Assembly: GCA_036172245.1 (NCBI GenBank)
Contig: JAYWIR010000012.1
Coordinates: 4,030,001-4,094,000, forward strand
Source of the DNA: Raillietiella orientalis
Lineage: Eukaryota
Direction of reading: 5' to 3'
Length of the DNA: 64,000 nt
This document shows positions 10,500 through 23,499 of this stretch, in pieces. Both the position numbers and the translations under genes were made by a program. Every line of letters starts with the position of its first letter. Within the stretch, counting starts at the first letter, position 1. The notes under the pieces were generated by a model. That model was given only the letters and a program-made list of their open reading frames with translations. It was not told where the DNA came from and made no database searches.

Positions 10500-10595
10500 T
10501 CCGTGGAAGGCAGTCCGCATTGGGGCCGAGTGGGACACCGGTCTCCGCGCGTGGTACCGAGCGTTGCGGGTTCGAATCCCCTCGCGGAGGATCGA
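10500..10595 (+). mobile_element. tRNA-derived SINE-like sequence
   Basis: A-box-like TGGGGCCGAGTGG (10521) and B-box GGTTCGAATCCC (10569-10580). No clean cloverleaf. A related copy lies at about 41665-41760. Confidence 0.55.
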
Positions 10596-11211
10596 CATCT
10601 CTTCGCGCGCGACTTGACAACCTTGACGACGTCTGCAGCTTCCCTCGCAGCTCCGTGCTGCTGCCTTCGGTGGGATTGGGGTGGCGGCGAGAAACCTCGC
10701 CGAAAGAGTCCAGTCGGGAGGTCGTCTGTCTGATGCTCCCTCATGAGGGAGGCAGCAAGATGTCCACGTCTCTGCTGACAGAAGGGGGAAGTTACCCAAC
10801 ATCCTCCAGAGGATGCTAGGACGCCAGGAAATCCGTGATCTCTCCCTTTCCCCTTCTCAACCCCTCAACGCATTTGTAAAGTGAGCTTTCGTTTTTTTTG
10901 TTTTGTTTTCATTTACTCCTTCCCCCACTTCTCCCGAGCGGACCTTATCGGGGGAGGTGCTCACGAGAAGCTGTGCCTCCGAGGCATTTCCCTTTGTAGT
11001 GGTGATATGAGACCAACACAAAGAAAGATATTTTTATCTTGTATGTGAATGCTTTTGTTTTTTTGTTTTTGTTTCAAATATTTTTGACAATAGACGCCTC
11101 GGCACGACTGGCTGAAAATGAAAGATCGACGCCGAGAAATGGGGGGTGCGTCATGGGTTTCGAGTTCCCTCCGCAAAATGACGCTGGTTGGCCGATTCGG
11201 GTGCTGCACTG

Positions 11212-12870
11212 GTTGACACCCGGTCACGCCGGGGGGTTTATTCATAAAATAAACATCCACGTCTGTGGCAGGACGTTTTATCTTGCCACGTTGCTGATGA
11301 ATACGAAAAGGAACCTGCCGAGAACCGGCAAGCAGGCCGACGAGGTTCTCCTCGGCAGCAGAAGGGAAGAGGGAAAACAAACAAGAAAAATTAAACAAAA
11401 AAAAATATGCCAAAAAATTGGTTCGGGAAGGGATCACCGGTTGCTGGAGGGCGTCCTCTGCATCCTTGTAAGGATGCCAGCAAGTTTCTGTTTCAAGACT
11501 CCCAGGTGGGACCATCTTGACGCTATGTTCATGAAGAGGATGGCAAGATAGATGTCGTCCCTATCCTTTTGGCCTCCTCTTGCGTTGCTGCATGCAGCCA
11601 CGATCCCACGTAGACAGCAAAGTGCTGCTAGGGATGCGGCCGGCGTGAGGGCGGCGCCCAGGAAGATGCGCTTTAGAACCTCTCTGGGGTTGTGCTCGGG
11701 GATCCTCAGGGACGCGGCAAAGCGCTCCCACAGGAGCTGGAGAGCAACACAGTCCACCAAGAGGTGCAGGAGGGATCACACAACAATCATCACACCCTCA
11801 CATTTCACAGTTCGGATCCACCATCCACACACACACCTGTGTCCAGTGATGCCGGCGGGCGTTGCACGGGAGGCCCCAGTGCGCAGCATCAACTCACTAC
11901 CACCACTTTAAGAGAGGACGCGGGTGTTCATGAGAACTGCAGGTCTTCCTCGGGACTACCCAGTAGCACACTCCAGCTCAAAAGTCCGGGCGATTGGGGT
12001 CGCAGCGTCAGTGAGCTGACCCGTCGTTCACTCGCTCAGCCCTCTTCCGGAGATTTTCACAGTAACCTCCTATCTAGCCGTAAGCCTGCTGCTCATGTGT
12101 TCCCTAAGGAAGGGCAGCGCAGTGGCAAGGGAGGTTCTGCTTGTCCATGCACTTTTCCCAGGATCTTCCAGGATCTTCCGGAGCGTGCGTTTGTTGTTGC
12201 GCTCATACAGGAAACGTCGCATCTGTTCTGCTCTCGGTAACTGGATTCTCGCCCACGTGCGAACGGTTCCCTACAACCAGGCACTTGCGTTCGTAGGGCG
12301 GCACGAGATCCATCCTTTTTCACTGGCCAGCATGGCCAACTGCCGAAGGTGCAGCACGCAGTGGATGAGACTGCAAGGACGGCGCACAAGGAAGGACACA
12401 AGTCCCACGTTGCCGGTGGCTTACTGGACGAGAAGACGTGCAGATTGGCAACAGGTGGTGCTTCACAGGGTTGCCACAAGGGCAAGTGTCCGAAACTGGG
12501 GCTGCAGCGCCATTCGCTCCAGCGTCAGGAGAGACCTAGGCCGCCTTCCCGGTGCAGAGCACACGGAGAGGACTTTAGCGGACTTGGGCCTCCCTTTGAC
12601 CCAAAGGACATCCGGAGGAGGCCCTTTGTACACTTTCTAATGTTGCATATCGGTGGACAAACAAGCAGGGGGCGGAGAAGGGGAGCCACCAATTTTCCAC
12701 ACCACGGCCCGTTCTGGCGGGTAAAATCTGCCTCTTTCGAATGTGCCGAGCGCCTGCAGTGCCTTCTGAAGACGCAGAAAGCATTGCACCGAGTCGTAAG
12801 CCGATTCGGTGCTCCCATCCGGAAGGAAATAAAAAAGAAGGGAATCTTTTATTCCAGGCACTGAACTTTT
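11212..12870 (-). mobile_element. 5'-truncated, decayed L1/Tx1-like LINE (late ORF2 plus 3' UTR)
   Basis: C-terminal peptide ...AASLAALCCLRGIVAA...WSHLG... is shared with copies at 55-62 kb. Nucleotide similarity of about 11830-12450 to about 60335-61040. T-rich 3' UTR, AATAAA and terminal hairpin at 11219-11233. Confidence 0.75.
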
Positions 12871-13039
12871 ATTGTTTTGATTTACAATTAGACAACATGT
12901 TACATGGGGGGAGGATCTTGATATTCCTGCAGAATTCCCTTTCTGTTCATCTCACGACCCTCAGCATGTCGCTTCCTCAGCTTCCCGTTGTTCGTCCGCG
13001 AGAACTGACCGCTGGCGTTCTCCGGCTGCATCTGTCTGT

Positions 13040-13560
13040 CGGCTCTTCGTGTGACGTGGGCTGCATAGATGTCTCTGGAGTACCGGATGCACGAAGCCAC
13101 CATCCGGTGCCTCGTCTTCTCGAGTCCTTCTTAGGAATCCCAAGGTCCTGGAGCACTTCCTCGTTACCTGGATCCCAGGCCCCCAGGGAGCCAACGATGA
13201 AAGCGTGCACCCTGAATTGCTTCTCCTGTCTGCCTAGCTGGAGGGCTGCTTCCTTGCATTTTTTTTGTTTTCTGCTCCTAGCTGCGCTGAACGCCTCTCA
13301 TCCACCCTCGTATGGGCAGCACATGTCCAGCACTACTATCCGGTCTACTTTCTTCATCAAGAAGTCCGGTCTTAAGAGGTCACTGGAGCTCTCTGGTTAG
13401 TGGAAACCACTTTGCTTCATCCACCGAGGCCGTGATGATCATCTCTTGAATCGTGTCGTGTCGCGCAATGGACAGATGGAAGTGCCTCCTGCATCTGTTT
13501 AATATGTGGGGCAACGTTTCGTCATCTGTCCGGCAACACCGACACGCGCAGGATGAAACC
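13040..13560 (-). mobile_element. RLE-type non-LTR retrotransposon (R2/NeSL-like), C-terminal relic
   Basis: CCHC-type CRCCRTDDETLPHILNRC..RHD, then LRPDF..IVVLDMCCPYE and FIVGSLGAWDPGNEEVL, all typical of restriction-like endonuclease C-termini. Contains stops and frameshifts. Confidence 0.8.
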
Positions 13561-13709
13561 ACAAGAACGCGCGTCCTTCTGGTTTCATCCTGGGTCCAGC
13601 CCTGACTGGTAGGACGTTCAATCGGGCTGCGTGGATGAATCAGTAGTCCTGGAATCTCAGGATTCCTACTGAAAACAAGGATGGCAAGAGAATGGATGGG
13701 CAACGATAG

Positions 13710-13960
13710 TCATGCAAAGGAAGAGGAGGAGGAGGAACGGAGGAAGAAGGGAAGAAGAGGAGGAGGAAGAAGGAAAAAAGAGAACTGGGGTAAGGAACAG
13801 GGATAAGGAAGAGCTATGGTAGAAGGAGAGGAAAAGAGGGAGAATGTACGAAGCGGAGGATAAAGATGAGAAGAGCCATGGTAATGGTGATGAAGGAGAA
13901 GCTGATGGGGAGAATGGGGATGTGGCCGGGGGAATGAGGAGGAAGGGAGGGAGACTTTCT
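13710..13960 (+). repeat. Purine-rich (GA/GGA) low-complexity tract
   Basis: Direct inspection. Confidence 0.75.
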
Positions 13961-14274
13961 ATGGCTGCAGATCCCAGGGGATGCGCTCGGCACGATCCCG
14001 GTTTTGATCTCAGCAGCAACGAAAGCGATGGCCATCCGGTCCGCCTTGGTGGGATCCCCTACCTACCCTTCCCTCCCTCTTTCCCGAGATCGCGCGTTCC
14101 TCGCAGAGCTCGCGCGTAGGGCTCTTCCGCTGCCTCGGCCGGGGAGCGATTTCCCGCCTCCGCGGTCGGAGCGAAAGCAGAGACAAGGATCGCCTCCAGC
14201 GGGAGGCTCCCTCCAGGGTGCACCGAGGGGAAGAAGGAGAATGGGGGAGAGAAAAAGGCGACTCAACCTTCCCC

Positions 14275-14800
14275 AGAAGTCCGGTCTTAAGAGGAAGTTC
14301 ATCCCTGCTACATTGTACTTCAAACTGCGCCTCCCCTTCCGGAATGCTGTCTGATACCAGTCCATAAGCGCAGAATTCATGAAGCTGTGCACCTAACGAG
14401 TACTCGAAACTGCAGTTCGCGGTGTCCTGACCACCCGGGTGAGTTCTGTGAACCTTTTTCGAAGGCAATCTTGGACTCCTACTCGCGTGGATGACAGTGC
14501 ATCCGCTGCAGCAGCACAGCACAAGCCACGATTAGCAACCACGAAACACCGGTGGTCTCTGCAGTCGATTCTTGCTTTGAAGTCATCCGCAGCCATGTTG
14601 GAAAGAATCTGTACTATGATCCGTCATTGGCTACTAAGTTCACCATCATCTGGCAGTCCCTGGATCCCTGGAGTGCATTTGCTCCTTTTTTTTTTTTTTT
14701 TTGCGGTAAATACAAAGAGAGGTACCATTGGAGCTTCGCATTCCGAGAACTGCGGAGGTCTCCAACTATTCCACGGAAATATTCACACATTGAGGAGCAT
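14275..14800 (-). mobile_element. Probable further RT-region relic of a non-LTR element
   Basis: An AADDF (YADD-like) peptide near 14590. 20 bp (AGAAGTCCGGTCTTAAGAGG) is shared with 13360-13379. Confidence 0.4.
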
Positions 14801-14879
14801 TCCATTAAAACGAAAGAACTCTGTCCACTTATATCCTACAACGGCCATGCAACTCGCGACAATAAGAGACGCTTGCACA

Positions 14880-15900
14880 GGGCTTAATGGAGATCGAATA
14901 GCTCTCAGGTATCGAGACAGAACGCCGAAGCAACGAAGAAATGCTTCCCAGAAAAATGATCAAAAGACGAGTTGTTGTTATAAGAGAAAGGTTCTAGGGC
15001 TATGGAGGCTGTTGAGGCTTCAGGAGTTGAGCAGCAATAAAGCAGCCAGGCATGGGTGGGACGATTCCTCGAAATTGCAAAAGAAGATGGCTGTTCATGC
15101 CCATCAGCGTTGACGGGACTCAATAGGAACCGCCTCTCCGCCGGGGCGTGAACCTCCACGGACGAACACTGCCTGTGTTTCAATCAGTCAAAAAAAAAAA
15201 GAGGGGGGATGGGAAAGCGTGAATCGGTTGCTTGGAAGAATCATTGCAGGGTATTCCAGAAGTTCGCAAGGCCCCCATTAGCGTGTATCACTTTGGAACC
15301 CCAAGATTGACTGAAAGGGCATTCATCGTCGATCCTCTCGTGAGATTTAACAAGAAAACCTGGACAAAGTGCAAGCTCTTCCCGGGTCGGCCACCACGTC
15401 GCTTCATCAAAGAAACAACCTGGGGAAGGTAATCTCGACTTCGAAAAATTGCTCTTTCTGGGCAACTTGGCCGAAACACTGAAGATGGTGGGTCAAGTTG
15501 CCACACGGCCAACACATCAAAGACGTGGCCAGTACTATTACCGTCGCAAATCCAGCGTGAAACGCACGGCAGCCTATAAGGAACGACGTCCTAGTTCGCC
15601 GTGACGAGCGAACTACTAAGGAATCAGGAGTGGCGTGAATGAAAGATTCCTGACACATACCGAGGACGATGTCGTTTCGTGGGACGACGTCGCATTAATT
15701 TTTGCGAGCCATGGTACACGTATGGAGTCTTATGCGACTGGGTCGAGGTCGTCTGGAGCGGATCTCAGAGCGAGTGATCTCAGGAACGGAAAAGGCGGAG
15801 GCGCAAACCTGGGTTGCTGTTTTGCCTTACTCTCAAGTTTCCTACGCGACGTGCTGCTGTTTGAGACCACACCTTGAAACTGTTGAAAACTCGATCTTCC
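14880..15900 (+). mobile_element. Highly decayed Ty3/gypsy-like pol relic
   Basis: Weak motifs only: WRL..FQEL-like RT start near 15000, PLVRFNKKT, and integrase-tail-like SWDDVALIFA..T.MES..TG. Confidence 0.3.
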
Positions 15901-16059
15901 ACCGCAAATGCCACATCCTGTCTTCACACATCACAAATGTTTCCTCACGCTGGGTTAGCTGGACCATGTTCGTTCTGCTAACGAAAATTGGATCCTGGAT
16001 TCTGCGTTTCCTCCCTTCCTGACAAGGATGGGGGTCTCTACGGCTTGCATTTGACAACT

Positions 16060-19000
16060 TAATAGCTACAAAAACACACCACCGAAGACATATCTGTCCT
16101 ACTGCCGTTTCGGCACGAAGCGGAGCAACAGAACCAGCTAACGAGACAGGAAAGCAATACCAGCACTTCTCGTTTTCCAAGTAGGTGGATATGCAAAAAA
16201 ACTAAACAGTGGGAAGATAGGATAGGCACAAATTGTTCATCCATACTTGAACGCCGGGATCTAACGGGAGAAAGGAGACTTTGAAGTGCTGCAGCTGGTA
16301 GTTTCCTCTTTCCTGGTGCCTTCTCAGACTTCAAACTTTGCCGGCTGCCGCCGCAAACTTGGGCTCTTGCTGCACTCATACGGATTTTCTCCTAGTTCAT
16401 CGGCGGAAAAGCGTGACATCACAAGGACAGAAAATTCGCGCACATGAACTGTGTTTGAAACACTTTCTGGAAACAATTCCAGGAAAGCGGCCAGGACGCC
16501 TGTCACACATAACACGTGCCACCAATCCCTGAACGGTGCACTTCTTCCGGCAGCACACATCGTACCTGCACACCCATCCTGAATTTCAATTACGCTTCAA
16601 ACTCTGAGGAAAAGGGAAATGCAGAACAGAACAAAACGCAAACGGACTAAGAAAATTCAAGGGCTAAAAAGAGAACAAACAGCACACCGTGTGCTTTTGC
16701 TAGCACTCCAAGTCCAGCTTTTACAAACAATAACACCAAAACAAACAAACAAAAAATGCAAACAACAAAAGGGGGAAACCTACCGACATCTTCCTCTGAA
16801 TCCCCGAAACGCCGTTTGTCCAGCTCTGAAGGTACAAAAACGAAGAGGGTTATTTACTGCTATACAAATGAATTTCATTCCAATTGGCAGCTATTTTGAT
16901 TTTTGTAAGTCTTTCCCATGAGCAGGCGGTCAAATGGGCAAAACAGTGGTGGCAAAAAAAAAAAAAAAAACCACTAAAATACAACAAACACTGTTTGATA
17001 GATGTTTTATTATAATTGTCTCCATGTTTTCATTTGCACTTTTTGAATCCATATAAGCATAATCATGCAGAAACGATTCACAAATGCAAAAGTTCATAGA
17101 CAAAACACTACATGGAAAACATAGGAACATGCCCATCTATTGGCTTTTCTTTCTTGCTACCAGGCATTATAACAGTACGATCATTAACTTTTACCGGCAC
17201 TGAAACATTCCTAATGAGTCATCAACCTTTTTGAAACAGTTGGTTGTTTTCAACTTGCCTGTGCTAAGATCAGAATATGCTTGTCAAGTTTCCGCTATTT
17301 TTTGGTTCCAAGATAGGGTACTGCGTTAGAACATTCCTTTCCATGTATTTTAATGCAGGCACAAATTTTCACTTGTTCATTCTCATCACATGACATTTTT
17401 TACTACTGTCTACTTTTTTCCAACACTGCTTTTTTCAGAGAATTCTTTTGGCCTCCTTTAGTGCCCCACGCATTACTAGTACGAGGCCAAAAAGACTTTA
17501 GAGTTCCAAAAATCTTAAGCAAATCGGGAGGAGCAACTGGACCAAATAAATCCGAGGCACTAATGGGTAACTGCTTAATGAACTGTTCATAAATCTGCGG
17601 TCTTTTTGCCCACAGAGGGGTTTGTTTCTTCCTTTTTCTATTATCTGAATCACATTCATCGTCATGAAGCAAAGTCATCTCATAAGAGCTGACATCCATA
17701 GAACTGGTGGGAAGTGCCTGAATGCATACAAAAAATTACAAGTTTGCAAATATAAAAACTTCACAGCTAGAAAATCAACATTTTCACTTTCATTTGCATT
17801 CCCGAACCCTTTGAGTCCCAAACATACTTTTGATGTGGATGGCACAATTTCACCCTTGTATTTATCAAGCACACCAACTTCCTTCAAATGATAATCTGCT
17901 TTGTTTTTCTTAGATGCCTGTTTGGCAACAAACATTGCCTTGCATGGTTGCTTAGGCTAAGAGAATTTTGTTATAAATGCTCCCTCTTACAATGCTACCT
18001 GTATCTCTTGTTTTGGTGTTTTTGACACAACACCTTCAGAATGCTCTTGGTTGGTTTTCACCAATTGTTCCTGATGCAGCAGTTTGCTCTGCATTTCGTC
18101 TTTGAGATTATGATTTACTTGTACTTCAGCTATTGGAGTCAGAGGATTTGGTTTTGATTTTATTGCTGTTTTTTTGTTTTCACTGTCTATACAGTAGGTC
18201 CGTCTTTTGTCCATAGAAGAATCTACTGTGTTAGAACATGTTTTGTGTATTTCCTTTGCTGAGCGAACTAATTTGGTTTGAACTTTTGGCTTCTTCTGAT
18301 CAGCTTGCTTGTGCATTTTGCTTGGAATAATCTCCTTGTTCCTAGGTCTATTCCGGGGAGCTTGGTAAGGTCGTGAGTGGTCTGACTGCTGCAAACCAGG
18401 TTTTTGGGCCTAAAGATGGTAACTGACAATGATTCAAAATCTTTGTCGAAAATCATTACCAGTTTGTTAGTTTTGGGATTAGACCTTAGCTGTGCGCTAG
18501 GAATCATTTCATGCAGCTCTAGAAAATTCCAAAGAAGCAGCACAATATTAATTAATACACTCACTGGTAGCTTGGTGCATCAATGTTTTTTTCCGAGTAC
18601 CATATAATCTGGCAGATTTTAAGGAAGGTTTCCTTTTGAAGGCACGAGAAAGCTTTCTGTTGCTTTTACACTTCACTGAATCCCTAGGGAAATTGGGTAG
18701 TGCTTCCTGTTCTTGAGCGGAAGATCTGCCAGAAGAGTTAATCTGTGAAAGTGCCTTGCTGAAATGTACATACAAGAAAAATTTAAAGAGCTCAACGTCC
18801 ACTCTCACTCTTACTCCATATTTTCCACTTGAATTCTTTCTAATAAAACTGAACATTCTCGAGTGCATACTGTGGCTGGGATAACATTATCACTTTTTAA
18901 TTTGGCAATTTCAGCAAGTGATTCATCACTAGTCTTATCTTTTTTGAGTTCAGCATACTTGATTTCTGATCCGGAGGTTTTTAATTCATGTGTGACACGG

Positions 19001-22000
19001 GAGGGTTTAACTGAATTGCTACTAAAAAGAGCAGCTTCCGATTGTCTTTCCATTACATTCTCTGAAATTTTTCGAAGCTCACATCTTCTTAAAGAAACAG
19101 TTACAGTTTTTTTGAAGACCACATCATCTGATTTCTCGCAGGGAAACACACCTAAACTCACGTCACTACTTCCTGGAACATTTGAATGTTCAGGCTGAAA
19201 GTGGAATGAAGGGCAGTGAGTAGACTCCTTGTTCTCTATGCAAGAAACAGCCACTGTATAAGATTCTGCAGATCCAGAAATATGTGATGATAATCGTGTA
19301 TGCATTTTCGGAGCTTCATTTGTCGATGGTAACTTTTCGTCTGTAAGTACTCCACCACTGGAAGAAGTACTTTTGTTGGACTTCAGTTGCTTTGCAGCAT
19401 TTTTCCTCCTGTTGACTGAATAGTTGACTTCTCCTTTACTGTTCCTGCGAAGTTTATTACTTTCCATCATTTCACAATTTTCCGTTATTTTTTTCCTAGC
19501 TTTCTATGTGGAGCAAACATAAAAATCTCAATCTTCTTGATGCACTAAAAATGCAGTTATTACCATGGCTGCTTTACGGAAACAGCGATGATCCATCGTA
19601 GTAGCCTGCCCAGGCTGTGAATCAAGATTATTTTCATAATTTTGTGCCACTGAAGACTCAACAAGTATGGGATCTAAATAACATATCATAATTAACAACA
19701 TTATCCTTTATCAAGGATCCAAGTTGAATTATCAACAAATCCTCACTGTTGACAGATTCATTGGAGGGGGCTTCCAAATCACAAGGTACTATCTTTGATA
19801 TTCTCTTTCTTCTGGCTGGAGTCTTACAATGAAATATGCCTGAACTACAATTACTTCTGATCTTTTCTGCCTTATCTTCAAATAACTCATTTAACTGCTG
19901 CTGATTTTTCTAAAAAAACAAGCATCAAGTTGTGTGCAGCTACAATGAAAAACATACTTCTAAGTCTTCATGTAAAGTTACAAATCTTTTCATTACAGCT
20001 TCTTCTGTAAACTGGGTCAAGTTTTCCATATCTGCAATCAAATACACATTAACAGGTATGTTACACTTTTATTTGCACTATTCACAATAATAACTGGATA
20101 TAATTCGCACAATTAACACTTAATCTGAAATGCAGAAGTCATTTCTGAAATAACATACTACAATAGTCCCTTGTAATTCATGCCTGAATCCCATTTTAAA
20201 AATGTTATAAATACAACTGGATTCAGTTATCTTGAATATGCTCTGAGACATGAAATTCATTTATAGTTTCCATAGTGTTACTACTTGTGATTGGGTAATT
20301 TTCTATAATAAAATTAAGAACTTGACAAACTGAAAAATTGTATCCTTGATTTATCTTACATCAATCTAGAGAACACCACACACTGAGTTGATTTTCCACT
20401 TTCTGAAATTAATTTGATACCATGCTTTTCAATTGGGATTTCTGCATTGAACTTGGTAAACTTAAATCATACAAATGCAGTTCTCAAAATTGTTTTCTAT
20501 CGATTTTTTTATTTAGCTATCTTGTCATTTCCGTTCTTTACTGAACAAAAGCACTTGGATGGATGCAGAACGAGAAACTTCCACAAAAATTTCACAACAA
20601 TGTGGATAATACAATACATGGTATTCAGAACTCCAGCTCCTTTATAGAATGCAGATATTTAATGACTCTGACTAATGGCTTACATTTAAGATACATCTGA
20701 GTTTTCGGCCTCTTTCATATTCTCTAACGCTCCTCCAAGAATTTAGATCCACTTCTACCAAATATGATACATCCGAAGGTTCCAAGGTGCTATTTCAATC
20801 TTAAAATCGGATTTTCGGGGAGAGAAAAAAAAGAATTAGCAAAATCCAATCCTCTTGTTGAAATCACACTGATGATCCCTCATGGCTGTTTAAATGACTG
20901 AATAGGCAAACATCAAATCTGCGATGTCACTGAAAATAATCAGTTTTATATGATGCTGAAATTTTTTCAGGATGCTACATCTGAATCAGGAGTCATTTTT
21001 TTGTAGATTCCCTTTTTATTTTGTTGGTTGCATTATACAGGAATTCTTATCGATTTTCTATAGAGTTACATTCAGAAGTCTCACAATTTGTCTGCAGAAA
21101 TATAGCTGTTAATTGAACTAATTGTAAGTTTTGTGAAAATACTTGTTTATTCCCACAATGCTCATTGAAGGCCTTTTTTGTCAACAGCTGCCTTGATATT
21201 TCACAATCTAATTGTGCCCAATTCAGGGAGCCTGATGCTGATCTATTCATCAAGTTGATGAGATTCTCTTTATGTATTACTGGATCCATAGGACATTTTC
21301 TGCCCTAGCTCAATTCATCAGAAAGAAAATTATTAGTGATTTTGACTATGCTGATTCAACCTAAATATAATCATAAAAATAAGCAGTCCCTCAACAAATT
21401 TGGAATAGTTTCAAATTTTGTTTAATTCTACTTGGATGATTTATCATGTTCATCAAATGAAGTAATGATGGGGAACCAAGTATGGATCCCTCCGGAAAAT
21501 TCTTTTTATGTGATATATTTCACAAAGATGGGTGTAATGTTATTAAAATAGCTGAAAAATTATGAAGCTGTTGCAAAAACTATAAAACACTTTAATTCTT
21601 TTAAAGTTTTTTGATACAGTTTACATGAAAACATTTTAATTGAATGCCACACAAAAATATAAATCAAGGCAGCAGTTCAGGCATCTAAAAAACAGGACAT
21701 TTTCAATTTATTTGATTTTAAAGAATTCGAACTTTTTCTGATGTACATAATAAGCAATCTTTCCAACTTTATTGTGTACACCTGCCTGCAGCATGAACGT
21801 TTGTGCTGATATATTGTAAACATGATTGATCATTACTTTATGAAAATTTAGCGATAGCAAATGCTATACTAGTTCAACATTCATTGAGGTCTACAAGACT
21901 TTATCACATTAAAACACTCCATGCCACTTAATAAATCAGAAAGGAAAGTCCAGTCAGTTTTGGTGCTAACAGTTGCATGTACATCATTAATTCTTATACA

Positions 22001-22601
22001 GCCAGCAATTCATCATTAACTTCAGGATCTGTAAAACACACACACACACACACACGCACAAAGAAAACTATTCCTGAAATTGGTAACATTGGACAAATGT
22101 CAAAACATTTTTAATTTACAAATCTATAAGATAATTTTGAAATTCACATAGAGTTCCCATTTATTGAAAACACATGGCAAGAAAATCACCACCACATATC
22201 ACATGATGAAATAAAAATAATCCAAGTACAACCGGTACAAGAACGTACTTTGACCTTGTGTACAACTTCTGCTGCCCAGAGAATCGAAACAATAATCATT
22301 ACTGCATTACAGTATACGTATTCCATTTATTAGACATATCGATAATTTTCAAACAGTTATCCGGAAAGACAGAGTTACGAGTAAACTTTGTTATCATGCA
22401 CGTGACTGAAAATGCATCTTGCAAGCTGACGGACTACACTGTTTTGTGTATATTTTTCCCCTACACGCTACTTCAAGTTACAAATTTTCAAAAACTTCAA
22501 AGAAAACTGCACAAAGAGTAACCAACTAAACGCTAAAATGACTTGAAAATCTCTAGGATTTACGGCACTACACATCCTTTTCTGTTTAAAACACCCGCCA
22601 T
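16060..22601 (-). pseudogene. Long multi-exon gene of unknown product (S/K-rich large exon), disrupted by frameshifts and stops
   Basis: Chain of overlapping minus ORFs (18811..19470, 18548..18868, 18268..18564, 17987..18394, 17675..17935, 17403..17699). Small exons with canonical sites, e.g. 19958-20031 (DMENLTQFTEEAVMKRFVTLHEDLE) followed by a 48-nt GTATGT..TTTTAG intron (19910-19957). Candidate ATG at 22601. Ends are approximate. Confidence 0.55.
22036..22059. repeat. (CA)n microsatellite
   Basis: acacacacacacacacacacgcac. Confidence 0.9.
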
Positions 22602-23499
22602 GTTCAGCATTCGCAAGAGGCCGCTACACTTTTGATTCCGGAACTCTTGGGCTTCTTACGTGAAAAAGAAAACCAATGGATTGCTAGTTATACAGTTGTG
22701 CTTGGTACATTTGCCAAGTGTACTCGAACCAAACTATCCAAAATGTACGAAAGGCACGCAACCATCTTATAAGCACCGGGTCAAAAGGCAACGCGCTACA
22801 ATGCTGAAAGTCTAAAATACCTGCTGTCGTACTTCTATCGAACTCTATCGAATCATTTTTCCACTATGCCAGCTGGTGAGCCGCGTTTCGCTCGCACGAG
22901 CGAATGACAGTGTACAGTACAATCAGGTGAAATGATGCACCGTGGGAACACGAACGCTCAAAGCACGCACAAGTGATTCACAAGGTCTCATTACCATGCG
23001 CATCAACCCGCTCTTCAGCACCAACATGGTACACAGACATGGTCAACCCTTGGAGTCACATGGTGGTGACACGAGTAGGAAGCCGAACAAAGGACGCGTA
23101 GTGAACTGCTACCGTATTCACGACGAATCCCCCCAACCCCGGCGCGCGTGTTTACTGGAGATGTTCACTTGGCAGCGCTCAGGGCACGGTTACGTGTGGC
23201 GTAACGATGGAAACGATCCTTTCGGGATTCCGTGCACGGAACGGGAGATCCGTCTACAGCAGCATCCTTGCTGCTGCCACTCCTTGCCGGATGCAGACGG
23301 GAGCCCGCGTCTCCAAGGTAGCTCCTCGCGGTAGGTGGTTCGCTTTCAACGGGTTGCCTGCAGACACCGGCGGACTCGTTGCCAAGATGAAGAGGGCACT
23401 CCGAAATGCATTTCATTTCCCATGGCCTCGAGAATTTCTTGCTTACCGATGACCTTTACTCAGATGGAGCACACACATCCCCTCCCTCCCCCATCCCCC

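Noticed and set aside
10500..10595. Functional tRNA gene
   Set aside because: A B-box is present, but I could not form acceptor and anticodon stems.
21400..22030. In-frame TAA in exon-like pieces as evidence of stop-codon reassignment
   Set aside because: The same gene also has frameshifts, and TAA appears to terminate paralog A. Decay or sequence error is the simpler explanation.
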